This document shows positions 1 through 9,250 of a stretch of 64,000 nucleotides of DNA, piece by piece. Numbering within the stretch: position 1 is the first letter of the stretch; the number at the start of each line of letters is the position of its first letter. The stretch is from the IMG/VR virus record IMGVR_UViG_2547132424_000002. One strand, written 5' to 3'. The position numbers and the translations under genes are program-made. This DNA comes from a virus (lineage: Duplodnaviria; Caudoviricetes). Under the pieces are notes generated by a model. It made no database searches. It was given only the letters and a program-made list of their open reading frames with translations, and was not told where the DNA came from.

Positions 1-213
1 ATGAGCGACCCCGTCGAGACCGACGTCGACAAGCGCCCGCTCTCCTTCGACCTGGCCGGCGCCATCGCCTACACCGGACTGTCGAAGTTCCGGCTCAACG
101 AGCTGGCCCGCGAAGAGAAGATCGTCGTCCGCAAAGACGGCACCAAAAACCTCTTCATGCGCGCCTCGCTCGACCGGTACGTCCAGAGCCTGCCCGTGCG
201 GGAGGCGTCATGA
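1..213 (+). CDS. Excisionase-like HTH DNA-binding protein
   Basis: 70 aa, Xis/HTH_17-like pattern (AIAYTGLSKFRLNELAREEKIVVRKDG..LF..SLDRY); first gene of the early run. Confidence 0.7.
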   Translation: MSDPVETDVDKRPLSFDLAGAIAYTGLSKFRLNELAREEKIVVRKDGTKNLFMRASLDRYVQSLPVREAS

Positions 214-344
214 ACCGGCCCCTTCCGCACATCGAGTCCGACGTATGGGCGCTGCTGCGGATGATCGCCGCCGCGGCCCTGGTCTTCGGCTTCGGCGCCC
301 TGGTCTTCGTTCTGCTCGTCGCATGGTCGGGAGGCACACCGTGA
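210..344 (+). CDS. Small membrane protein (44 aa)
   Basis: ATGA/GTGA overlaps at both ends; one hydrophobic helix. Confidence 0.6.
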   Translation: MNRPLPHIESDVWALLRMIAAAALVFGFGALVFVLLVAWSGGTP

Positions 345-754
345 CCCGGGACTTTCTCCGCTTCATCGCGCCCGCGGTCGCGCTCGAGGCCATGGGCTGG
401 ATCTTCTACTGCACCGGGCGCCTGAACGCCGACGAGTTCGTGACCCTGCTGTGGCTCACCTTCTGGTACGGCGTCATGGCCGCCGGGGTCGCGATGATCC
501 GGAAAGCCTTGCACCACAACAACTACGACCCGGCCACGCCCGGTTCGTCCATGGTTCCCCTCGGCGACGCGGCTGGTCGCCTCGAGGGTGGGAAGCGCCC
601 GGTCGACCATGCCGCCGGCGGTGCAACGCCCGCGCACCTGGGCGCTTCCCTGCACACCGTCCTCGACACCGTCGAGGGCCCGGCACGTCCAGCGGGCGGA
701 TCCCCCACGCTCCCGCTGGACGTGCCCACCCGGCCACTGCGGTCCGGGACGTGA
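341..754 (+). CDS. Hypothetical membrane protein
   Basis: GTG overlapping upstream stop; two N-terminal hydrophobic segments; high GC3. Confidence 0.6.
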   Translation: MTRDFLRFIAPAVALEAMGWIFYCTGRLNADEFVTLLWLTFWYGVMAAGVAMIRKALHHNNYDPATPGSSMVPLGDAAGRLEGGKRPVDHAAGGATPAHLGASLHTVLDTVEGPARPAGGSPTLPLDVPTRPLRSGT

Positions 755-884
755 AACGCCGACGTCCCGAAGCCGCACGCATGCACGTGCATCTCCGGGA
801 CGTCAGTGGATGTCGATCTGAAGAAGAAACCGGCTGCCGAATTCCCGCTCAGCAGCCGACCAACAACACGAAAAGAGATACTAC

Positions 885-1106
885 ATGCTCGCCAGGTCCG
901 CGGACTGGCAGGACTCCGTCACACTCCTGCAGCACCAGCCGCACAACACCTTCGACCACCGGCTCGGCACCACCCTCGCCGCCTGCGACACCGATTCCCA
1001 GGCCCTCGCCGTGCTCGTCGACATCATCACCGAAGACCCGCCCAGCACCCACGAATACGTCGTGGCCGCCCGCATGTTCAGCCACTTCACCGGGACGACG
1101 CTGTGA
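885..1106 (+). CDS. Hypothetical protein
   Basis: High GC3; coupled to next gene. Confidence 0.65.
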   Translation: MLARSADWQDSVTLLQHQPHNTFDHRLGTTLAACDTDSQALAVLVDIITEDPPSTHEYVVAARMFSHFTGTTL

Positions 1107-1324
1107 ACACTCCCTGCGGCGAGTACGTCACCGCGCTGATCGCCAAACCCGCCGACACCGACGAGCACCGCATCGGTACCTGCGTGCAGCTGCTGCTCGA
1201 CAACCGTGAGGACATCCTCGACTACATCACCACGGTGATGACCACCTCGCGGCCCGGCAGCCGGAAACACGAACTCGCGGAGGAGATCTGGCTGCTCCTC
1301 GACGGTTGCGGGGTGGCGGCATGA
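1103..1324 (+). CDS. Hypothetical protein
   Basis: GTGA/ATGA coupling. Confidence 0.6.
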   Translation: MNTPCGEYVTALIAKPADTDEHRIGTCVQLLLDNREDILDYITTVMTTSRPGSRKHELAEEIWLLLDGCGVAA

Positions 1325-1500
1325 GCGGCCACTCCCTCACCGACGGATTCCTCACCAACTTTCTCGAAGGCGCCATCCACGGCGCCGCCGACCGACTCTT
1401 CCACCGGCCCACCCGCACCGACCCTGCCGTGATCGCGGCCTGGGCCGAATGGCAGACCCCGGACCAGTGGGCCGACCAGCACGGAAGGAGCACCCAGTGA
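1321..1500 (+). CDS. Hypothetical protein
   Basis: ATGA/GTGA coupling. Confidence 0.6.
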   Translation: MSGHSLTDGFLTNFLEGAIHGAADRLFHRPTRTDPAVIAAWAEWQTPDQWADQHGRSTQ

Positions 1501-1802
1501 GTGGATCCGCCTACCGCACCCCTATCCGTCCGCGGACCGAGTTCGGTGCGTTCACCGACGGCGCCGCCGTCTACGCGGTGTATCCGCCGACTCCGTACGT
1601 CACCACCAGCAGTCCGACAGCGCTCGGGGTCACCTCGCACGTGATCGTGTCCATGGCCGCCCGCAAGCACGAGACCGTCGTCTACCCGTGCACCCCGGAC
1701 GGGGAACTGTTGTCGTGGGAGCCGGTCGCGACGGTCGACCTGTGTGACCACGGCCGCGGCCTGCGCGCCACCGGCTACGACATGGAGGTCGTGGCCCGAT
1801 GA
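1497..1802 (+). CDS. Hypothetical protein
   Basis: Coupled both ends; high GC3. Confidence 0.65.
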   Translation: MSGSAYRTPIRPRTEFGAFTDGAAVYAVYPPTPYVTTSSPTALGVTSHVIVSMAARKHETVVYPCTPDGELLSWEPVATVDLCDHGRGLRATGYDMEVVAR

Positions 1803-2017
1803 TCCTCGACGTCCTGAACGTGTTCGCCCGGCTGCTCGTTCTCGGCGGCCTGGGGTTCCTGGCCGGAGTGGCTTACGGCCAGGCGCACAACTACTTCCGC
1901 GGTGAGGCCCCGGCGTGCGCGCCCGGGTGTGACTGCGATGCGCATGTCCCCGTCGAAGAGCTGCTGTTCGACGAGGCCGCGTGGCGGCGCGCGCTCGATC
2001 GGGAGACGGTCCGATGA
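1799..2017 (+). CDS. Small membrane protein
   Basis: N-terminal hydrophobic helix; coupled. Confidence 0.6.
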   Translation: MILDVLNVFARLLVLGGLGFLAGVAYGQAHNYFRGEAPACAPGCDCDAHVPVEELLFDEAAWRRALDRETVR

Positions 2018-2371
2018 GTCGGCCACGGCACCTGAGCGCGGACGCGATCCGGGAAATGGTGAACCGCTACAAGGACCCGAGCGTTCGACAGTCCGACCTG
2101 GCCCGCGACTTCCATGTGTCGCGGGAGATGGTCTCCCAGATCATGTCCGGGCGCCGGTACTCCGACATCAGCGGTATCACCCCGGCGCATTCCAAGGAAT
2201 GCAAGAACTGCAGGTCCCGCGACATCCGCCAGGAGAACGTCGACCTGGTGCGGCATGGTCGAGGTGCTCTGCCACATCTGTCACAGCAAAACCAAGCACC
2301 CCATAGGAACTGTGATGAATCTGCGCGGGGCGGTTCTCTGTGACGCCTGCGCCAACAGACAGGGGCTCTGA
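2014..2371 (+). pseudogene. HTH plus Cys-rich protein, apparently frameshifted near 2245
   Basis: HTH (RQSDLARDFHVSREMVSQIMSG) in one frame. The high-GC3 Cys-rich tail (CHIC...CDAC) ending in a TGATG overlap at 2371 is in the +1 frame; it could instead be a separate 38-aa ORF from 2256. Confidence 0.45.
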
Positions 2372-2919
2372 TGTCCACAGTGCCTGCCACCGCACCGCCG
2401 GACACCGAACCGATCGCGGAAGAGACCATTCGGGGCGCCCGGATGACGGTCGCCCGGTTCGCTACCGACGCCGCCGACTGCGCCGAGCTGCTCGACATGC
2501 TCGGCATCGGCACCGACCCGCGATGCGTTCGATGCGACGGTCTGATGACCAGCCCGGACGGTCTGGGTAAGCAGCACGCTGGCAAGGACGGTGTGTGCTG
2601 GCGGTGCCTGCGCCTGGCCGAGGAGACCGCGAAGTCGAACCCCGCCACGGCGAACTGCGATTGCGGGCGCCCGGCGGTCCGCGGCGAATCCCAGTGCCCG
2701 ATGTGCCGGAACTTGATGTCCGCGGACAAGTTCCGCAGAGCCTACGCCCGTATCCAGGAGGCGACCGGGGAGTCGCGGGCGCAGATTTGCCGCGCGGCCG
2801 GACTGAATACGCAGACCGTCCGGACGATCGTCGTGCCCTCCAGCACCCGCGATCGGGTCACTCGCAAGCTCTACGACCAGTTGGTCGCCGCCTACAAGGA
2901 CGAGGTGGACCTGAATTGA
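2371..2919 (+). CDS. Zn-finger plus C-terminal HTH DNA-binding protein
   Basis: CxxC pairs; C-terminal SRAQICRAAGLNTQTVRTI HTH. Confidence 0.65.
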   Translation: MSTVPATAPPDTEPIAEETIRGARMTVARFATDAADCAELLDMLGIGTDPRCVRCDGLMTSPDGLGKQHAGKDGVCWRCLRLAEETAKSNPATANCDCGRPAVRGESQCPMCRNLMSADKFRRAYARIQEATGESRAQICRAAGLNTQTVRTIVVPSSTRDRVTRKLYDQLVAAYKDEVDLN

Positions 2920-3224
2920 AATACAGCGAGGCTGCCTGCAACAGCAGACCGGACATCGACTTCTTCCCGACCGGAAAACTCGGCGATCTCCCCCGAGCCC
3001 GCCGCACCGCACCCGCGATCGCCTTGTGCCTCAATGAGTGCGGGCGTCGGGTGTCGTGCGCGCGGGACGCGATCAAGATGGGCGTCCTGCACGGTGTGAT
3101 CGCCGGTGTCGATCTTGGCGACATGTCGAGCAACGGCGGATCGCTCAAGTCGCCGGTCTACCGGAAACAGGTCGAAACCCTGTACGCGGTTGCAGGCATC
3201 CCGCTGCCCTCGGCGGTCGCATGA
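2916..3224 (+). CDS. WhiB-like Fe-S transcription factor
   Basis: TTG start; C..D.FFP...C..C..C...GV.aG pattern. Confidence 0.7.
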   Translation: MKYSEAACNSRPDIDFFPTGKLGDLPRARRTAPAIALCLNECGRRVSCARDAIKMGVLHGVIAGVDLGDMSSNGGSLKSPVYRKQVETLYAVAGIPLPSAVA

Positions 3225-3418
3225 GCCGCCCCACGATCACCAACGGCACCCTGCGCGCCCGCGACGGATGGTCCGAGCTGGTGATCGAACACGACCCCGA
3301 CGGCCGTGTCCGCATCAACGTCCACGACGACTCCGGTCCCGGCAATACCGCCACGTTCGGCCGCGAGGCCAGCGCGGTCATCGCCGAGTTCATCACCGAC
3401 GGGGAGGGAGCATCGTGA
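3221..3418 (+). CDS. Hypothetical protein
   Basis: Coupled both ends. Confidence 0.6.
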   Translation: MSRPTITNGTLRARDGWSELVIEHDPDGRVRINVHDDSGPGNTATFGREASAVIAEFITDGEGAS

Positions 3419-4329
3419 CCGGCGTCAACGACATCTGCAACATCACCGACCTGGATCGTGAGATCTGCTGGCACTGCAAGGGCCAGCCCGCAGTCCCTCA
3501 GCCGTTGGTGGCCGCGCCGACCGCGCCCGGCTTGTACCCGGATCTCCCGGAGGATGTGTACCACGGTGACCCGAACAGCCTGTCCAGCACCGGCGTCCGT
3601 CAGCTGTTGAAGCCGGGCGGCCCGGCGAAGTTCCGGTACAGCGAGCCCCAGCACAACGACGATTTCGATATCGGCATCGCCGCGCACACCCTGCTCTTGG
3701 GCACGGGGGCGGGGATCGTGGTGGTCGACGCGAAGACCTGGCAGTCGAGCGCCGCGAAGGCCGCGCGGGCGCAGGCGCGCGCCGAGGGCAAGGTGCCGTT
3801 GCTGACCGCGCAGTATGACGCGACGAAGGCGATGGTCGATGCCGCGATGTCGCGGCCGGAGATCGCGGAGCTGTTCCCGGGCGCCCCGGAGGGGGTCGCG
3901 GAGCTGTCGGCGTACGCGATCGACCCGGTGACGTGGGTGCTGTTACGTGCCCGGTTCGACTACATCGTGTTCATGAGCGACCGGCGTGTCCGGGTCCGGG
4001 ATTACAAGACCGCGAAGGACGCCTCACCGCGCGGATTCGAACGCGCCGCCGCCGACCATGGTTACCACATCCAGTTCGCGCACTACGTCCGTGTCCTGGA
4101 AGCCCTGGGCTACGTCGTCGAGGAATTCCTGTTCGTAGCCCAGGAAAAGACACCCCCGTATCTGCCGAGCGTCCACGAATTCGATACTGCCGCACTGCGT
4201 TCCGGGCAGGAGGAAGTCACCGCCGGAGCGCGGATCTTCGCCGCGTGCCGCGACCGCGACGAATGGCCCGGCTACGGCAGCCAAACCAACCAGATGAGCC
4301 TGCCCGGCTGGGCACGAAAGGGATGGTGA
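3415..4329 (+). CDS. RecE/exonuclease VIII-like PD-(D/E)XK nuclease
   Basis: YH...LSST, G.A.H.LLL, RARFD, DYKT, YHIQ.A.Y, F.FVAQEK motifs. Confidence 0.85.
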   Translation: MTGVNDICNITDLDREICWHCKGQPAVPQPLVAAPTAPGLYPDLPEDVYHGDPNSLSSTGVRQLLKPGGPAKFRYSEPQHNDDFDIGIAAHTLLLGTGAGIVVVDAKTWQSSAAKAARAQARAEGKVPLLTAQYDATKAMVDAAMSRPEIAELFPGAPEGVAELSAYAIDPVTWVLLRARFDYIVFMSDRRVRVRDYKTAKDASPRGFERAAADHGYHIQFAHYVRVLEALGYVVEEFLFVAQEKTPPYLPSVHEFDTAALRSGQEEVTAGARIFAACRDRDEWPGYGSQTNQMSLPGWARKGW

Positions 4330-4332
4330 GCG

Positions 4333-4899
4333 ATGAGCGACACCGAAATCGATCTCAGTGGCTACGTCGACGTCGCGACCCGTATCGCCGAAGTCCGCGA
4401 AAAGATGTACCCGAACGGGTCGTTCCAGCCCGCGCGCATCGACCGCCCGTATTCGATCGAGACCATCGGCGACCAGGCGTATGTGGTTGTCGTGGCCGCG
4501 TTCTACCGCACCGCCGACGACATCATGCCCGGTATCGGGATGGCGTGGGAGCAGGTGCCCGGCCGCACCGCGTTCACCCGGGGCAGTGAGATCCAAAATG
4601 CCGAGACGTCCGCGTGGGGGCGTGCGCTCGTCGCCGCCCTGGCCGCCGACACGAAGAAGGGTGTCGCCTCGGCCGACGAGGTCCGCAACCGGGCGATCAA
4701 CGCCGCCAAGGAACTCGACCCCGCGGACCTCGCCCGCGCCGAGCTCCTCGGCCTGCTGAACCGCCGCAGCATCGAGCCCGCCGCCGCGATGGAGTGGTTC
4801 GCGCAGAACTACCCCGAAGCCGGTGACATCCGCAACAGCGCCGACAACGTCGCACTCCGCGCGGCCATCACACACTTCAGCGGCGGCGATGCCGCGTGA
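4333..4899 (+). CDS. Probable single-strand annealing recombinase (Rad52/Sak-like)
   Basis: YVDVATRI...NAETSAWGRAL motif; directly follows the RecE-like nuclease. Confidence 0.6.
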   Translation: MSDTEIDLSGYVDVATRIAEVREKMYPNGSFQPARIDRPYSIETIGDQAYVVVVAAFYRTADDIMPGIGMAWEQVPGRTAFTRGSEIQNAETSAWGRALVAALAADTKKGVASADEVRNRAINAAKELDPADLARAELLGLLNRRSIEPAAAMEWFAQNYPEAGDIRNSADNVALRAAITHFSGGDAA

Positions 4900-5333
4900 G
4901 CGTGCACCCGACCCCATCGAACCTGGCACGCGAATTCATCCGCCGCGCGGTGCCGAAACCGGGCCCGCGCAAGCGCCGTCCCAGGAACACCGGCGCGGCC
5001 CGGTCGGTCATCGCGATGGTGCGGGCCCGCGCGAGCGGCCGCTGCGAACGTTGCGCCGGGCCGGTGCCGCCGGATACGGATGTGCATCACCGGATTCCGC
5101 GCGGGATGGGCGGCAGCCGTAACGACTCGCGGATCAACCTGCCGTCGAACCTGGTGGTGTTGTGCTCGGACTGTCACCGGTGGATCGAGAGCTACCGGAC
5201 CGAGGCGTATGTCGACGGCTGGCTGGTGCACCGCACCGCGGAGCCGAACGCGACCCCGATCGAGTCCGCCCTCCACGGCCTGGTCCTGCTCGATGATTCC
5301 GGCGGTATCGCCCAGATCGGCGGGGCGCCATGA
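4896..5333 (+). CDS. HNH endonuclease
   Basis: CERC...DVHHRIPRG.GG..N..NLVVLCSDCHRW. Confidence 0.85.
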   Translation: MSVHPTPSNLAREFIRRAVPKPGPRKRRPRNTGAARSVIAMVRARASGRCERCAGPVPPDTDVHHRIPRGMGGSRNDSRINLPSNLVVLCSDCHRWIESYRTEAYVDGWLVHRTAEPNATPIESALHGLVLLDDSGGIAQIGGAP

Positions 5334-5974
5334 GTATCGGCGCCCCGATCCACAGTGGTCTGTCCGGCCGCCGTTACGACGGTGCTCGCGGGATCCATGG
5401 CCGTGTCCCGGTGTCCGGGTCGACCAGGTTGATCATCGCGACGGACGGCAGCTGGAAGGACTGGATCAGCGGCTCCGGATATGTCACCCATAACGGGTAT
5501 TGGGAGCTGTCGGGCCGGATCTTGAAGGGCCCCCGCCAGCTCAACCCGATCCATAACCACGGCACCGGTGCGCTCGCCGCCGAGCTGCGGGCGGTCGGGA
5601 TGGCGTTGGAGCGGTTCCCCGGCCGCGCCGCCCGGATCCTGGTGGATAGCCAGGCCGCGTTGGGGTTCCTGTGGTCGTGGCAGGCCGGTGACATCGACCG
5701 TATGCCGACCGGTTACAGCCTGCGACCGCGTATCAACGGCGACTCCAGGCCCGCGCTGGTGCGGTTCGCCGAATTGATCGCTGGCCGCACTGATCTGCGG
5801 TTCGTGCACGTGCGCGGCCACGACGGGCACGCGATGAACGAGGTCGCTGACAGTCTCGCGAAGATCGGCCGCACCGCGCTGGCGAACCGGCGCCGCGAAC
5901 TCGAAGTCGCTGAACGCGCGACCGCGCTCGTGGCTGCGTTCATGCAGGTGATCCGGGGTGGTGAGGCGGCGTGA
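5330..5974 (+). CDS. Ribonuclease HI-like protein
   Basis: ATDGS, AELRA, VDSQ, HVRGHDGHAMNEVADSLA catalytic motifs. Confidence 0.85.
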   Translation: MSIGAPIHSGLSGRRYDGARGIHGRVPVSGSTRLIIATDGSWKDWISGSGYVTHNGYWELSGRILKGPRQLNPIHNHGTGALAAELRAVGMALERFPGRAARILVDSQAALGFLWSWQAGDIDRMPTGYSLRPRINGDSRPALVRFAELIAGRTDLRFVHVRGHDGHAMNEVADSLAKIGRTALANRRRELEVAERATALVAAFMQVIRGGEAA

Positions 5975-6162
5975 TCACTCGGCAACCGACGTGCTGGCCG
6001 TGCTGGACGCTGCGCCAGCCCGGACTGCGTCCCCTGCGCGTGGTGTCCGCGCACGCCGCGCGCTGCTGCTTCTGCGGGCTTCCCGCGTCTGCCGGGATCT
6101 ACGTGCACGCCGATCCCGCGCTCGTCCCCTACCCGACTGATGAAGGAGTTGCGTCCCGATGA
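5971..6162 (+). CDS. Hypothetical Cys-containing protein
   Basis: Coupled both ends; CWxC and CCFC. Confidence 0.5.
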   Translation: MITRQPTCWPCWTLRQPGLRPLRVVSAHAARCCFCGLPASAGIYVHADPALVPYPTDEGVASR

Positions 6163-6890
6163 TCGACGTTTTCATGTTGCCCGGCACCGGATTTCCCCAC
6201 GGTGGTGACGGCCTGTGTGAGGGCTTCATCGCCCGGCTCGACCCGAAACGGTTCCGCGGCCACGTCGTGGACTATCCGGCCGCGGTGGGCGGCCTGTTGA
6301 TGCCCTACCGCCAGTCTCGCACCGACGGCCGGAAAGCGTTGATCGACGCGATCCGCGCGACCTCGAACCTCGCCCTCATCGGTGGTTTCTCGCAGGGCGC
6401 CGGGATCGCGATGGACCTGGCCGCCGACATCGGGTCCGGTCTGCTGCCCGACCTCGAGATCGTCGGCTGCGCAGCGATCGCCGACCCCGCCCGCCCGGCC
6501 GGTGGTGGCCTGCCCGGCCAGGAACCGACCGGAGGATTCGGCATCACCGGCGAGCGTGCCGTTCCCGGCGTCCCGGCCTGGTGGGCGGCACACCCTGGTG
6601 ATCCGATCACCGCGCTGCCGGGCGGGTCGCCGATTCGCGCGATCGCCGACGCCGTGGAGTATTACTCGCTGGCCAGCCCGGTCGCGATGGCGCAGTGGGG
6701 CGACGACCTGATCGACCGCATCCGCCACAACAGGTGGCAGCGCTGGTGGTCGATCCAGAACTGGCGCGACTGGAGTGACGCGCTCGGGTTCGCGAACAAC
6801 TACCTGGTCGGTGGCTTCCACGGTCCCCGCTATTTCACCGACGGCTACATCGACGCTTTGGCGGCCGCGGTGAACGACTCCGTGTCATGA
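6159..6890 (+). CDS. PE-PPE/cutinase-like serine hydrolase
   Basis: PGT, VDYPA, GFSQG nucleophile elbow, ADP.RP, GDPI, FH. Confidence 0.8.
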   Translation: MIDVFMLPGTGFPHGGDGLCEGFIARLDPKRFRGHVVDYPAAVGGLLMPYRQSRTDGRKALIDAIRATSNLALIGGFSQGAGIAMDLAADIGSGLLPDLEIVGCAAIADPARPAGGGLPGQEPTGGFGITGERAVPGVPAWWAAHPGDPITALPGGSPIRAIADAVEYYSLASPVAMAQWGDDLIDRIRHNRWQRWWSIQNWRDWSDALGFANNYLVGGFHGPRYFTDGYIDALAAAVNDSVS

Positions 6891-7076
6891 GCCGAACTCG
6901 TTGGTTGATCGTCGAGGAGGTGAGTGTGGCGGTGGCGAAACAGATTGAGAGACAAGCAGTTCCCGCAGTAGCGGGCAGGGGCATGGGTTGGTTCAGGGGC
7001 AGTGGAAGGCAGGCACGATGGCGTCGATTGATCGCGCTCTCTCGGGGCTCAGCGAGCTATCGAAGGGGGTGTCCTA

Positions 7077-7445
7077 GTGGGGCTGCCCTGGATCCGTCTC
7101 GATACGAGCACCTTCGATCACCCGAAGATGCTCGAGCTGATGGAGGCGAAGCAGTACCGGGCCATCGTCGTGCACCTGTCCGGGATGGCGTACAGCGGAA
7201 AGCACGGCCTGGACGGATTCATTCCGAAGGCGGCGCTGCGGGTGATCGGCGGAACAGCGGCCGACGTGCGGCATCTGATCGGGGTCGGTCTGTGGGACCT
7301 GGCCGAGAACGGATGGGACGTCCACGGCTGGCGGGACTACCAGTTCTCCAGCGAGGAGCACGAAGCGCGGCGGCAGCGGCTCAGCGAACGGGGTCGCAAG
7401 GCCGCCGAGGCCAAGTGGAAAAACCAGAGGAAACGCGATGAGTGA
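7077..7445 (+). CDS. Phage replication initiator-like protein (N-terminal domain)
   Basis: MGLPWIRLD..FDHPK...DG.IP...L..GLW.....GW.VH.W.DYQ pattern seen in actinophage Rep-like proteins. Confidence 0.6.
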   Translation: MGLPWIRLDTSTFDHPKMLELMEAKQYRAIVVHLSGMAYSGKHGLDGFIPKAALRVIGGTAADVRHLIGVGLWDLAENGWDVHGWRDYQFSSEEHEARRQRLSERGRKAAEAKWKNQRKRDE

Positions 7446-7803
7446 ACCTTCGAGGACGACCGTCTACTTCGTCTTCTGGCCGGCGCGGCGTGTGCTCAAA
7501 ATCGGCGTGACTTTGGCCCAACGTTGGACCGTTTTCACCTCGAATGGCGCGGAGTTGCTGGCCTCGAAGAAGTTCGATCGGGTAGGTGACGCGCTCGATT
7601 TCGAGGAGGCGTGCCACGACGCGCTGGGTGCGGTTTGCAGGCTGGCGTTCGCGAACAAAGCCGCTGCGTCGTCGTCCGGACTGTTGGGTGGGTCCAGTGC
7701 TGGCTACCTCGAATGCTTCGCCGTACCAGGCGATCTCATGCGCTCGGAGCTGACAGCGTTCTGCGATCTGGCCCTGGACTTGGCTGCCGCAGGGGGTGCA
7801 TGA
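7438..7803 (+). CDS. GIY-YIG-like (T5orf172/Mug113-type) endonuclease
   Basis: VYFV...LKIGVT..R...E...H.L...G..ECF; lower GC than neighbours. Confidence 0.5.
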   Translation: MSEPSRTTVYFVFWPARRVLKIGVTLAQRWTVFTSNGAELLASKKFDRVGDALDFEEACHDALGAVCRLAFANKAAASSSGLLGGSSAGYLECFAVPGDLMRSELTAFCDLALDLAAAGGA

Positions 7804-7992
7804 GCAGATGCAACACGCATGCAACAAGCAGTGCAAGATGCAGTGCTTAATTCGTCGATGCTTGAATGCCCACGGACGGACGGACGTACTTACGCAAGAC
7901 GTTTGGAGACTTGAGCGCGGATCGTACGTTTCGTATCGCGCACGAGATTTCGAGATTTCTCCGCGCGGGTGTGAGCGTTCGGCGGTCGCCGT

Positions 7993-8533
7993 ATGAGCGC
8001 GATCGGCGGACACCACTCCACCCGAGCCGACTCGAACGTGTGGCTCACCCCCGAGAAGATCATCACCACTCTCGGACCGTTCGACCTCGACCCGTGCGCC
8101 GCCGCAACCCCGCGTCCGTGGCCGACCGCGAACCACCATATTTGCCCGCCAGATGACGGCCTGAGCGCCGAATGGGCGGGCCGGGTATGGCTGAACGCCC
8201 CCTACCGTCAGGTGGGCGTCTGGGATGGCCAAAATGGCCGACCACGGTCACGGCACCGCGCTCGTCTTCGCCCGGACCGAAACCCGATGGTTCATCGACG
8301 CCGTCTGGGAGCGCGCCACCGCGGTGCTGTTCCTGCACCACCGGCTCCGGTTCTGCCTCCCCGACGGCTCCCCGGCACCAGGAAACGCGGGCGCCCCGTC
8401 CTGCCTCGTGGCCTACGGCACCACCGACGCAATCGCACTGGCCACACCTGACCTTGCAGGCACCTGGATCCCGCTGAAGACCTCCCAGCGCGCCGCCGCG
8501 CGCGATCTCGAATGGACGGTGAACAACCAATGA
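7993..8533 (+). pseudogene. Phage DNA N6-adenine methyltransferase, frameshifted near 8223
   Basis: WLTP..I...GPFDLDPCA...W.GRVWLN(A)PY then ALVFARTET.WF...RL.F in another frame; one extra G in TGGGATGG restores the frame. Confidence 0.8.
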
Positions 8534-8999
8534 CCGATACCCGAGTCCGGTTCCAGGCGCCGGAATTCCGCGGCGCCGACGACCACCCGCGAGCGGACAC
8601 CGTCCAGCCACCCCGGCCGGAACGTCCCTCGCGGCAGTTCGAACGTCTCGTGAACGAAGACCTGCGGGACAAGTTCGCGGCAGGACCGGCGTACAAGGTG
8701 CTGTCCCGCCCGGAGAACCGGATCGCGTGGTTGCAGACGCTGCGCAGCATCCTCGAATCCATTGGCGCGCAGAACGGGCACGACAACGATCTGCTCGCCA
8801 CGCACCCGGCCAGACCACAGCCAGGTGACCATCCGTCCGAGGAGTACCTGGAAGCCAAACGCGAACTCCACGAACGCAAACGTCGCCGCGGCCGCGCCGC
8901 GCAAGCCATCAACGAACGGATCGGCGAAGTCCGCAAACTGACGCGACCCAGAAGATCACGGGAATGCTCCGCGCGCTCACCGCCGAGGAGGAGCCGTGA
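8530..8999 (+). pseudogene. Hypothetical protein, apparent frameshift near 8940
   Basis: Coding-like frame switches near 8940; the alternative frame ends at TGA 8999, overlapping the next GTG. Confidence 0.5.
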
Positions 9000-9205
9000 G
9001 CCCCGACCGGTACGGCGAACCGGATCCCGAAACCCGTTGCCGCGACCCGAAATGCCACCGCGGCTGGCTCGGTCACGACACCGAAGGCCGCCCGATCCCC
9101 TGCCTCACCTGCAAACCCCACCTCAACCGGACCGCGGCCACCAACGACTGCGCCGACCGACCGCCCTCACCCCGCGCGCAACGCGCGATCGACCGCGACA
9201 CCTGA
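8996..9205 (+). CDS. Small Zn-finger protein
   Basis: CRDPKC.RGW...PCLTC. Confidence 0.6.
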   Translation: MSPDRYGEPDPETRCRDPKCHRGWLGHDTEGRPIPCLTCKPHLNRTAATNDCADRPPSPRAQRAIDRDT

Positions 9206-9250
9206 CCACCCGCAGCACCAGACACCACCTCGAACAGAAAGACCACACCA

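Noticed and set aside
6159-6890. Lysin B of a lysis cassette
   Set aside because: No lysin A or holin nearby and it sits in the early region; kept as a generic cutinase-like hydrolase
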